Positions 49,993 to 62,300 of a DNA stretch of 64,000 nt are shown here, piece after piece. Numbering within the stretch: the stretch's first letter is position 1; each line of letters starts with the position of its first letter. A model generated the notes under the pieces. The model was not told where the DNA came from. It saw nothing but the letters and a program-made list of their open reading frames with translations, and did not search any database. The position numbers were made by a program, and so were the translations under genes. This DNA comes from Azolla caroliniana (taxonomy: Eukaryota; Plantae; Polypodiophyta). Location: NCBI GenBank assembly GCA_043228905.1, contig JBHGNT010000004.1:8432001-8496000 (forward strand). The letters are read 5' to 3'.

Positions 49993-50100
49993 AGTCGCGG
50001 GGACTAAGGTTAAGGGGAGTTGAAGAAACTTAACTTTTAATAAGGCTTGTATGGTGATGATAGAATGGTTAAGGATAGTAAGAAGAAGAGTTACGAGTAA

Positions 50101-50135
<35 letters not shown>

Positions 50136-50802
50136 CGAGCATAGATAAAAGATAGAGACAATGTATGATTCAAGAAAGAAGATTGAGACAAAGTATGATT
50201 CAAGGAACAAGAGTATATGATATAAACATTCAATGTATATTAAAAGTATAATATTTTACCAACTTTACAATCCTTGATCGCAAACTGAACACATTCTCTA
50301 TCGACCCTTGATTTGAACCCACGACCTCAACTTCGAAACGAGAGGTTCTCCACCCAATGAGCTAGTCTTCTTTACTTGATTGTATTATTTTCTCACTCTC
50401 TCTTGATTCCTTCCCTTTTGTTTTCCTATCCCCTCTTTTTATAAGTATTTCCATGCATATGGTAATGGCATGCATGTAATGCATGAGTTACATCTGATGC
50501 ATGATCGCCATTTGGCGCACATGCATTGCATGTGATGCATGATAGCCATAGCTTAGTGGTGTATGCTTTGTGCTTGATATACAAGGTTGAGGGTTCAAGT
50601 CCCTCAATTTTACTTAATACAATATTTAAGTTTATTCTTATATAGTGAAGCACATTCTTGACAACATTTCTAAAAACAAATAGCCTACCCTAGGTATATA
50701 CATTGTGCTTGGCTTATAAGGTTGTAGGTTCAAGTGTTTGAAATATTACTGAATTCAATATTTAAATTTATTTTTATATCGTGAAGCAAATCCTTCACGA
50801 CA
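49993..50802 (-). mobile_element. Probable AT-rich solo LTR with tRNA-like Pol III boxes, nested in the G2 LTR
   Basis: Ends (A)GTCGCG...CACGACA with possible 4-bp TSD GCGA/GCGG. Minus-strand TATA near 50440. Confidence 0.55.
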
Positions 50803-51399
50803 GCGGCCGTGGTTCATTCGGCAGGTAAGCACTGCTTGCCGGAGCGGGTGTTCACCGGCCTGACTCTCTCTCTTCGATCTCTTGCACTCCTCGTTCCAAG
50901 GCCCCTGTGGTCCCACCCTAGTTTCTCACGCGTAAGCAAAACAACACGACATATATTTGGTGAACCCGACGTGAAACAAGGCGGCAGAGGAGTCGAAGAT
51001 GAGGGGATCGGAGCTTGCCAAAGCCATGGCGGCAACCATTGATCAAATAGTAAGTGCTCGTGAAGGCATAGGCACCCTCAAAAGGGTCATTGAAGCGATT
51101 GTAAGAACAATAGGCGGGTTCGGTGGGAAGGACGCCACGAGCTATTTGGAGGCCTACCGAGCCAAGATGGTAATGAGGGACATTCCAAAGGATAGGCATC
51201 TGGTTCGGTTCCCTTGGGTGGCGACACCGGGCATCCACGCAGAGGTGTTCGGGGTACAGGCTGGATGCCCGACCTAGGGGGGATTCGAAGCACGGCTCCT
51301 CGAAAGGTACGAACTTGATGACGCACTTCGGTTATCAAAGCGGGACTTATCATGCAAGGTAAAATTAAGGAAATTTTGTATTTGTAAAAAATATGACTC

Positions 51400-51995
51400 A
51401 ATGGGGATAGGCCGAGGAGGATTTTCTTGATTTCTTTCTGCTTGTGCAGATGCTATCAGGTCGTTATTATGAGCCATTGAATGATAATGTCAAAATTCCT
51501 TTGTTGATCGCTATCTGGATAAAGGTCAACCGCATATCAATCGATCACCATACATCAAGAAGAAAACAGAAACAATAAAAAAAACATTACAATGAAAGCT
51601 TTGATAAAAATTGTTAGAGCTTAGACCTAAAATAAGCATGAGATAAGGATATAATAGATATAAAATAATAAAGGAGTGAGAAAGAAGGGTGTCGATCCAC
51701 TTGACCACCCTTGAGCGAAGGGATCGACACGGGTTCGAGCCTCGATCGGCGTCAGATACCACCGTCGTGGCGTGAAGTCGTACCTAGTGCTAGCACACTT
51801 GCCACAAGAGCTGACCCACCACAATGACAGAGTCTCAATGTAGTTGACAAATGATCAAATGAGGGTAGCTAGGCCTTATATTTATAGCCAGACCCAAGGT
51901 CCGCAGGCAAGTTCACACTTGGCCTAATGGGTTGTCTCAATCCCGAGGATTAAAAGTAATCTTGCCCTTCTTTACACTATCGTTTAACCCTCACA
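51400..51995 (-). mobile_element. Short LTR (~51763-51995) with Met-like PBS (51751-51761) and 5' internal remnant
   Basis: TGTGAGG start, TATA GGCTATAAATA, and TGGTATCTGAC on the minus strand. Confidence 0.45.
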
Positions 51996-51997
51996 AA

Positions 51998-52500
51998 TTA
52001 TCTAGTGTATAGAATACTACGATACATTCTCACCATGGGATATTCTATGGTTATGCCCGTAACATGCGGTGTCTTGACAAGTGATCTCTTTAGTACAAGC
52101 CAAAAAATGTGCCATCTTAGTATATCGATAAACCATTGTTCAGTGACGATGAGACCCTTAGAATCAGGAAGAACTGTGATAAAATCCAACGAAATAGATT
52201 GTCAAGGCCCTCTTGGGATTGGTAATGGCTCCAATAAACCATATGGATGATGTCGGGGCATCTTTGCTCTGCAGCATGTATCACATGTTTAAACATAGTC
52301 TTCGACAAATCTTCGAATATTGGGCCACCAGAATGATCAGGCTACTAAATCCAACTTTTTAGTACTACCAAAATATCTAGTTGTGTATGTATCATCACAA
52401 TTTTGTATGACCCGAAGGCAAGATGGACCATTGGGAACATACAAAATATTTTTAAAGAAGAGAAATATATCATGCCATTCAAATTGTCGATAATCCATAC
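51998..52500 (-). pseudogene. Tf2/chromovirus-type integrase fragment
   Basis: LYVPNG...FGSTKKLDL and [31 protein letters not shown]. Confidence 0.8.
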
Positions 52501-54290
52501 CTAGTTGTTGTGACCATGAATAGGAATCAGAAAGAAAGAAAGAAAGAAAGGTAGATCGAAAGGAGGAGGAAGAAGAAGGAAGAAGGCTCCCTGCCTGGCA
52601 TGGAGTGGGTGGAGACTCTCGGAAAGGGGAGGAACGCGTCGACGCTCCTCCGGGAGTTCGAAGAACGCTTTGCACGGCTCTCGGCATTGGATAGCACCGT
52701 GCTAGACACGACCCGCGTCCTGTTGTTCGTCAAAGTAGTGGGCGTGCGGGATTGGGATCAAGTGGGTCTCCTGCTGGAGACAGATGATGGGCTGACGGCC
52801 CACTAGGCCGTGGTTAAAAGAGTCTTCAACCGTTTCGACAAGCGACATGAGTGGGGCGACGAAGGTTCGCCGGCAGTGAGACCCGTTACGACAAGGAAGT
52901 TCGAGGAACCTTCGCAGGCACGAAAGGAGGAGACCCGCGATTGGCTCGAGACGGGCTTGACCTCGCCCGGCGTTGTCAAGGGCCCATTTGGAGGAGCGGC
53001 TCTGGAAGAGCTAATGCAAATGGTGCGCAACCGGAGGCCTCTGGCTGGGCAGTGGTGCATGTGGTGCGACGCGATCCGCCACGACCGAAAAGAGTGCGCG
53101 GACTTTTTAGACATGCTTAGAAGCAATGTGGTATACCTGTGGAATGGGCAAGTACACACCGGTGACATCCGGAGACCCTAGATACGAATTTCGGGCGCGG
53201 CGGAATGAAGAGGTTGATGGAGGAAGCGGCGGCGCGCCATGGAGAGGTCGTCCATTATTCGGCGTCGACCGGAATCCGGGTTGGAAGCGATGAAGGCCGA
53301 AAGACGGAAGACTCTGGGTTCTGGTCGTTGGTGATTGAAGGCCTCACTGGCGTACGGTTGAGGAAGGAAAAAGCGGACCGTGCGGCGAAGCTGATCTGAG
53401 AGGTTACCGGATGGGACAACCTACTTGAGGAGAAAACCGGATTCGTGGAAGCGGCGTGCCAGAACTACGAGGTTCTGGTAGAAGACAAGCGTGCGGGAAA
53501 AGCCGGAGGGGCCGGACCCTCCGAGCGGTATGAGACCCGGTTCAGGCCGAAGAAAAATGATGCCAATAACCCCGACACACCAGATAGAATGAAGTGGGCC
53601 GGTTACTGGCTGAGCATGGACATTGAGAGAACAACGGACCTACGGAAGGTCCTCGAGGAGCGGATTCTCGATAGCAAGGTGGAGTTGTCGGTGAGGGAGG
53701 TGCTCGGGATTGCCAAGAAGGAGTTCCATGATTCTATCGTGACTTGGTGAAGCGTAAACGAGTCTCGACAGAGCCAGAGCCGAAGAAGCCGGTGGAGTAC
53801 GTGGCCCTAGAAGATGAGTTGGCAGAGAGCCACTATTCGAGGTTTCACTGGGCTAGAGCCACTACGAAGACCCCTGTTAGGGTCAGAGACGTCTAGGATC
53901 CAGTGGTGGCCTTGATAGACCATGGTTCCGAGATTAACCTGATGTCCATGTACTTCTATAAGAAAGGGAAGTGGCCGATCAACAACAAGCACGGGTGGAA
54001 GATACACGCGGCGACACGCACTAGGGAAGAGCTGCACGGGGCGTGCCCGATCGTGCGCGAGGATTGGAGATGTCGAGATCGACCAACACTTCTTCGTGTA
54101 GGAGGCGTCCTCACACCTGGTGATACTCGACAAACCATACATTACGGCGGCATGCATGGAGACTAAGGTGTTGGACAACGATACAGCGTACACGTGCGTG
54201 AAGAGCCAAGATGGACGACACTCCGTCCAATTCCTGACCGTTCAACCGAACCACGAGCGTAAGTGCGAAACTCTCGGCAGCAATAGCCGA

Positions 54291-55290
54291 GGAGAATGTA
54301 CTAAACATTTGATCTATATGATCGTGTGTGTGGCCAACCAAAAGAAAATTGACTTTCACTTTTCTAAACAATCCTTGGTTGACCAACATACTTAGATAGC
54401 CAAACACAGTTGAATTTTTGTTCTCTCTAGCAGTATTGTCCAATTGAATGTATAGAACAGGGGGGAACGGTTGGCCCCAAGACATCAAAACTCGGTGAAT
54501 CACTGTAATTGTTAGGTTAGGGTCATTGTGAACATTAGGGTATGTACTGAAGACGTGAGGTCCAACTGACCTATTATAAGCCAAGCATCCCACCAAGTGC
54601 ATTTGAACAAGGCACTCATCATTGACGTCTTTGGGGAGCCTCTACATATGTGGCAAGCACGTCTAGTCCATGCCATCTATCATTAAGCACATGTATTGTT
54701 CGGGGCTCTTCAAACACTTCTCTCTATGATGCATCACCTTCTTTCGTTCTAATGATTGTGCCTCACGATGCTCCTGTAGTAACTTCTTACTCATATCCTT
54801 TTCCAGTGATGTCTTTGCACCTTTAGCCAAACTTTTAAGATTTGCACAAATGGAGCAATACCCCATGTGTACTTTACGTGGAATGATAACATTTGAAAAC
54901 AGAGCTCTCCATAATCTTGTGAATTGGCTATATGTGACAGATTTATTACGTGAGCCCACCATATCAGATCGATAGACATCATAAACTTCCCGATGTGTGT
55001 AATTATCAGAGAGGTGCATCCTACCTGTAGTGGCCATTACTTCAAAATTTAACTGAAAGTAACTTTTCATCCAACCAATAACATGTCTTCCAATTGCACC
55101 TTTCATACTTGGAACCTCTTTACAATTGACCATCTGATCCCCGCTAAGTAGACGTTGTTGTACTCTATGTAGCCGCATGTTACTAACACATAACGCAATT
55201 TTGAATTCAACTCTACATATCTGTTGTGCATGGAAGATATTGTCGAGAAAATGTGGAATAATACTTGGCCACAAGCGAGTCTTCAATCAC
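54291..55290 (-). pseudogene. DDE transposase fragment, Sola1-like
   Basis: GYCSICANL, CLMIDGMD, LYIQLDNTARENKN, FLLVGHTHDHIDQMFS. Confidence 0.7.
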
Positions 55291-55299
55291 TTCCTTAAG

Positions 55300-57244
55300 A
55301 ATTACAAACACAGAAATGGGAATGTGGAGATAGATGCACGTATAAACATAACACTATAAACAAGAGAGTACACAAGATATTGACGTGGAAAACCCTGAGA
55401 GGGAAAAACCACGGGAGCCCACAGACTCCAAACTATCACTATGTCAAAAGAATACAACAAGGGGGCACAGAGGCAACGACCTCGTGCTCACTCTCTTCGC
55501 CTGATGACAATTACAACAGAGAATCACTCTGTCTCTCTCTCTCTCTCTTTGTTACGCTTTGTACAGCAGTTACACCAACAACACATGACCAACAACAACT
55601 CTGTGTTTTCCCTAGGTCATATTTATACTAATATGACATTAGGAATATTTACAAGTATAGCCCCAATGGGCTAACAGAAACATATTTACATATATGTCCC
55701 TTCATCCGGTGAGAGGTTCTCACTGGGCCTACATCATCCGGTTCTCACCGGGTCTTCCTTGCCAGTTACACATCATCCGGTTCTCACCGGGCCTTCATCA
55801 TCCCATTCGGAGGGACCGAAATCCTAACAAACTCCCCCTTCACTCCGACATGGAATGCCTCGTCAATCCGATCCGCTTCCGGCATGCTCCCAGCTTGTTG
55901 GGTGTCAGCACTTTGGTCAGCATATCCGACCCGTTCTCTACCGTGTGGATCTTCGTCAGTACGAACTCTCGATCTTCTACTCGCTCCCGAATCCAGTGGT
56001 ACCTCGGCTGGATGTGCTTTCTCCTGGAATGATACGCCACGTTCTTCGCAAGATTGATGTCACTTTGAATATCGCAATAGAGCCAGTATTCCTCTTGCCG
56101 GATCCCTAGCTCTTCGATGAAGTCCTTTATCCATAGTATTTCCTTGTCGGCTTCCACGGCCGCCATGTACTCTGCCTCCGTGGTTGACACCGCAATCGTC
56201 TTTTGCAGCCTCAACTACCACGAAACAACTCCCCCTGTATATGTCATAACATATCCCGATGTTGACCGGCTAGTATCTCCATCAGCCGACATATCCGAAT
56301 CGGTGAAACCATCAAGTTGGGGTTTACCGGAGCCGAATCGGAGACACATACTTGAGGTGCCTTTCAAGTACTGGAGTATCCATTTTACCGCATTCCAGTG
56401 CTCCTTGTCGGGATTGCTCATAAAACGGCTCACCCCTCCGACTGCATATCCGATATCCGGTCGGGTACACACCATTGCGTACATTCAGCTCCCAATAATA
56501 GAGGCATATGGTATCTTCATCATATCCGCCTTCTCTGCCTTCGTCTTCGGGGTTTGCTTACCGGATAATCTGTAGTTTGCCCATAGTGTCTATCCGACCA
56601 GTTTCGCATCTGACATGTTGAACCGCAGAAGCACCTTTGTCACATACTTTTCCTGTGACAGCCACCATTGCTTCTTTGACCATTCCCAGATGATATGCAT
56701 CCCTAGTATCTGTCTTGCCGGACCCAAGTCTTTCATTGAGAAGGTCCGGTTCAAGGCCTTCTTCAGCATTCGTATCTTGACTTGGTCTCGTCAGATGATC
56801 AACATGTTGTCCACGTACAGGAGGAGTATCAAGAAGTCTCCACCTTCGAACTTCTTCACAAATGTGTAGTGATCGGCCTGCGTCTTGTAGTACCCTTGAT
56901 CGGTCATGAAGGAGTCGAACTTCCGGTACCATTGCAAGGGAGCCTACTTCAAACCGTAGAGGCTCTTCTTCAACCGGAAAACCTGGTGCTCCTTCCCTTT
57001 CTTCACAAATCCCTCCGGTTGCTGCATGTAGATCTCCTCTTCGAGGTCGTCGTGGAGGAACGTCGTTTTCACGTCTAACTGCTCTATCTCGAGGTCCATG
57101 CTTGCCGCTATGCTCAACACCATCCGGAAGGAAGTCATCTTTACTATCGGGGCAAATATCTCGTCGAAGTCCACGCCCTTCTTCTGCTAGAACCCCTTCA
57201 CCACGATCTTGGCTTTGTATCTCGAGGGCTTGCCGGCATCTCCC
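55300..57244 (-). mobile_element. Copia 3' part (truncated LTR to 55829, PPT, RNase H, RT) of the C2 family
   Basis: CCTAACA-AACTCCCCCTT junction. YAMVCTRPDIGYAVG and STTEAEY motifs, with multiple stops. Confidence 0.9.
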
Positions 57245-59269
57245 TAGGAAGCAGGAAAAAAGTACCCGACAGTCAGGCGGAGCCTGCGTTACCGGATAAC
57301 GACAAACAGGTGGCTGGCAAACGTGAATATGGGGAAAAACCGGGATACGGACCCGGTGCTTCCGGTTAACTAAAACTCAATTTGAAAAAAAAAAAGAAAA
57401 AAAAAGTCCTCATGTAGAGGCAAGGAGCGAACGGGCACTTTGAAATGGTGTGGTGGGTGGCTAATTAAAGCCCTTTAAAAAAAAAGTGCACCACGTGTCA
57501 ACCAACTGCTATATTAGTACAAGACGTGCATGCGCGGGAATCAAGAAAAGGCGCCACGCATGGAGAAAGAAAACCTTCCCCGCACAGAGTCCCTTTCATT
57601 TCGCGAACACAGAGATCTCAGCGCACACAGGCAATTACGAGTGATCAGGCGAGAGCACGCACAACACACAAACGCACCAATCTTACCACAACCTACCGAC
57701 TCTAACGACGACATGGAATGCATGATACTCTTAGAAGTGGCTAAGAAATGGCTGAAGCAACACGATCTAGAGGGATTCCTGAGGATAGTCGAAGTACTGC
57801 CACACGGAGATGCGGAAAATGTCGTCAAAGACATCGACACGGAGGTCATCACCGAGGAAGACATTCGAGCCCTGACCAGCTTACCGGAAGGGGGAATATA
57901 CTTGATCGATAACCCTTCATAGGAGTTGCTTACGAAGTATTTCGGTGAATACTCACTAGGCAGCAAGGCGTACCGCACGCAAGGCGGTGAAGACCTATTG
58001 TTTTGGGAAATTGCTCAGGTACTCCACGAGTATGGTCATGTATACCCCCGACCACCGACGATGCCCAGGAATAGAGCCAGTTTGATCATAGCTACCTACG
58101 AGGGAGTATAGGTGGATTGGCCGGTAATGATCGCCGACGGCCTGAGCGTTGCCATCATCTCAATAAAAGATGGCAAAAAGATGTGTACAACAGTGGCGCA
58201 ATGGCTCACTCTGTTAGCACCACCGGTGGAGCCCATGAAACAAAGGAAAAGGGGAAGACCGATAGAACTGACCCCCACAACAGCTTCAAAACAGCAACAA
58301 CTCCTGGCTACCCAAGTGAAGGAATGACTAAATCGGACGCGGCCGGCAGAGAAGGAGGCATCGGTGGACACCTCGGGGAGACCTTTAAAAGTCAAGTTGC
58401 GCCTAACGAAACAACAAGCAGAACAACAACCGGAGAAAACGCAGGGGCTGGACCCCTTGGCAGTGTTAATTAATGACAAGACCAGTAGAGCCAGAAAAGG
58501 AAGAAGAGCTGGTAAGACCAATAGAGCCGGAAAAAGAGGAAGGGCCGGTCAAACTGACAAAGCTACAGGAAAAGGACGACAACCAGAGGCAGGCACATCT
58601 GGAGCCGGAGCGGCAACGAGATCAGTCGAAGGAACAGGAGCAATCGGGGCAACAACAAGAGGAGGAATAACAGCAGCAACAGATGACAAAACAACTTCCT
58701 GAGGAACCATTGGAACCCTTAGATCAAAGCATTCTGGACATTTTGGAGGATGAATGAAGCCGGATTGTGGGATTTGACGTACAAGGTACTGTCCGATGGG
58801 CGTGCCATGTGTTAACCGGCCGGCAAGGAAATCCAGAATGGAAGAAGGGCATAATTAATAACCGAGAGCTGGTTATATATATATATATAATAATTATGAT
58901 TTGAGAAGCGAACGGATGGAACCGGAATCGGTATGCCGATCCGGATCCAAACCGGTTCGTAGCTGGTTGCCGGTTGGCACCGGTTTGTACCTAGAGCCAG
59001 AGACCTATAAAAGGGCCCGATGAGATTGTAATCATTGGCGGATAATTGATAGAGTGTTTTTGTTCTGTATCTTAATCATTGTTAATTACCGTTCTATGCT
59101 AAGTGTAATTTATCCTATGCATGTATTGTGACTAATGATCTTGCTGCTTAGTAACCAATTAGGGTTTCATTAATAGTCGGTCTAACTTTATCTCACCGCA
59201 ACACCCCTTTGGTGAAGTGTCTCAAAGGGACACCCTGTGTTAGGCCATTGTTCGGCCCTAGCGATAACA
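57245..59269 (+). mobile_element. 3' part of gypsy-like element E3 (degenerate extra ORF ~57560-58757, tRNA-like motif 58762-58807, 3' LTR 58810-59269)
   Basis: ORF ends QSILDILEDE*. GGGCGTGCCA-TG-TGTTAACC junction. LTR has CTATAAAAGGG and ends GATAACA. Confidence 0.78.
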
Positions 59270-59379
59270 TTTACGAAATTTTATGTTTTATTAGTTAAAT
59301 ACATGTCATTTAAATTTATGAGAATACTCACATATTTGAACTTTGGTTTTTGATGTAGTGCAACATGGGGAATAGTGCC

Positions 59380-62300
59380 ATCATCTAAGGTCGACTTGAA
59401 TGTCATCAAATTCTTTATAATCCTGAGTTCGAGTTTGAGCTCCAAACAGATGGAGTACATTGAGCATGAACGCAGACAAAGCCCCCACAACAGCACAAAA
59501 ACTCTGAGATCAACATTGCACCTTCAAAGCTACAACACAAGCAAGTCAATCCTCGTCCAGGTATGTATCAGTTACATGTTAAAAAAACTTTTTTTTTTCC
59601 TTTCTAATAACTGTCTGTAACTTTGGTGCCTATTCATCTTTCCCAAAAATCAAATAGGACGAAGTCGTTGGAATCCCAAACAAGGATGTCTCGAAGGTCG
59701 GGGTGTAGCAGCAGGTGTGTTTCTAATTGACAAAATTTCGTAGTACGGTTTATTTCTACCTTTAGTGATGATTAGGGTTTGTGTTTCCCTTAAGTGGTTT
59801 AGGGTTTCTGATTACAAATTTCAAATTACAAGTTTCTGGTTACAAATTTCTGATTACTATCGCAATGTGTTGTAATTTTGCATCAATTCTCATGACAAAT
59901 TTTGATTAGGGTTTCTGATTTTTTAAGTGGTTGATTTTTGATACATGTTGAAAATGATAGATTACAAATTTCAGATTACTGTCTCAAAGTGTTGTAATTT
60001 TGCACCAAATTCACATTAAAAATTCTGTTTTTGCACCAATTCTGATTACTGATTTTCTATTTCAGGTGGCTCGTTCCTCCCTATCCTAGAGTACTAAACT
60101 TCGCAAAATTTTGCGAGACAAAGGAGGACTTTCACAACATATATGATCTGTCCCTCCAGGGTATTGACCATGTTGTTCTAACAGATAGATTGATTAGTGA
60201 TGTAGACTGGATGTCAGTATATAAAGTGCCTAGAGTGAAAGGCAAGTTCAAGCTCAACCATGTACGACCGGACGTGTATGACGACTAAATGAGACTGCAC
60301 CAGAAAGTACATCAAGAGATCCTGGTCAACAACGAGTTGTCTATTTCATTTGCCAGAGCTTTTGCATGCGAGGATTAGAAAACAGCGAAGGAATCTCGTG
60401 ACCTTGAAATGTACAGGGTAGCTTGGGCAATTTATGGTGAGGCATCGGTAGAAAGATGTCGGAAGATGGGGAACTTGCAACAAAAAATGGCAAGATTTTG
60501 GAGCATGGCAGTAGATCATGCAACTGCCGACTTTGAACAAACCTGCAAGTATATGCCACACCGACACACAATGAAAGCCAATGTCGATGATACAGGTGAG
60601 ACATTGATTAGCTATATGCTAAAAAATGTCCATGAAGCTTGTGAGACATTGGAGTTTTTTAAGACTGATTTAGAGAAAGCAACATTGGTTGTTGCAATAG
60701 AGAGCAAAGTCACTTTGGCAGTGACAACAATCAGAAATAAGATTCAGGTACCTATTGTTGTGCTAGTATGTAATATGTTATAAATAACTTCTACATGAAA
60801 ATGTGCTACTGAGGCATTATCTAGAGCAGGTTGCTCAACATGAACTTGAAATTGAGGGGTCATTGGATCCCCAGCGGAAAATTCAACTGCAGACAGAGAT
60901 CCAGATTCTTTCAATGAACCTAGACCTTCTAGGTGTAAATACTGTCGCTAATTACAATTTGGAAAAGCTACAAGTAAGTTAATGATTCTTGTTTCTTGTT
61001 GTTGTATCTTCCTCATTAAGGAATAATTAATCGGTAAATTTCTTGGCTGGGTTGAAGGAACAATACTCCCGTCAAGAACAGGTAGTTACCTGCCTTAAGA
61101 AGCAGCTACATTTTGCGGAGGGGATGGTAAGGAGTAGACAAGAATTGGACCTGAATATTCATGCTCCCTTACCAAATTAAGGAGAACCAGGAAACGATAT
61201 ATTGATTGTTCAAGCACATTGCATCGCTTGTGGATTACATGTAGAGGACAAATCTACTACTCCAGTGGTTCACCTACAACCATGGCAGCATACATATCAT
61301 ATCGTTTGTTTTCAATATGCCTGTCGCATTGTTGCATTCTGTTTGGGGGATTGCAGTACAGCTCTCCTAGATGAGTGGAGAAAACACATAGGTAAAATTA
61401 CTGCTTGTGACCATAGTGTAGCTAATTTGTTCCATCTTTGCTAATTAGGTAAGCTGTATAAAGTGTGGAAACTATTTAGCTATTATGGCTCTAGTGTAGT
61501 AGCTAATTACCTAACATGTAGTTAATTAGGTAAGTGGTAGCTTAGCTACTACCATACTTTAGTTAAGTAGCGAATTAGCTAAGTGATAGCCAATTAGCTA
61601 CTACCATAGTTTAGTACAATAATTAATTAACTAAGTGGTAGCTAATTAGCTACTACCATAATTTAGTTGAATAAATAAGTGGCTAAGTGGTAGCTAATTA
61701 GCTACTACCATAGTTGAATACAGTAGCTAATTATCTACTACCACAGTTTAGTTGACTAACTAATTAGCTAAGTGGTAGCTAATTAGCTACTACAATACTT
61801 TAGATGAGTAGCTAATTAGCTACCACTTAACTAATTAGGTACTACCATAGTTTAGTACAATAGGTAATTAGCTACTACCATACTTTAGTACAGTAGCTAT
61901 TTAGCTAAGTGGGAGCTAATTAGCTACTACCATACTTTAGTTATAGTGGCTAATTAGCTAGTACCATACTTTAGTACAATAGCTAATTAGCTAAGTGGTA
62001 GCTAATTAGCGACTATCATACTTTAGCTGAGTAGCTAATTAGCTAAGTGGTAGCTAAGTAGCTACTACCATAGTTTAGTACAGTAGCTAATTAGCTACTA
62101 CTTAGCTAATTAGCTACGGCCATAGTTTAGTACAGTAGCTAATTATCTACTACATACTTTAGTTATAGTGGCTAATTAGCTAGTACCAGGTTGTAGTGTA
62201 GTAGCCAATTAGCTAGTACCATACCTAAGTGAAGTAGCTAATTAGTTACTGTCATAGTCTGGAAGAATAGCTAGTTAGCTAAGATGTAGCTAGTTAGCGA

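Larger units (their letters stand above)
49386..54290 (+). mobile_element. Related gypsy G2 (5' LTR 49386-49992 + ~50807-50951, Trp PBS 50958-50975, gag-PR interrupted ~51350-52598)
   Basis: Same PBS as G1. FGGKDATSYLEAY, CMWCDAIRHDRKEC, LIDHGSEINLM. The gag frame rejoins as KRD..|MEWVE. Confidence 0.82.

Noticed and set aside
50300-50740. Functional tRNA genes (also 21850-21910 and 37466-37530)
   Set aside because: A/B-box-like motifs are present, but I could not build complete acceptor and anticodon stems.
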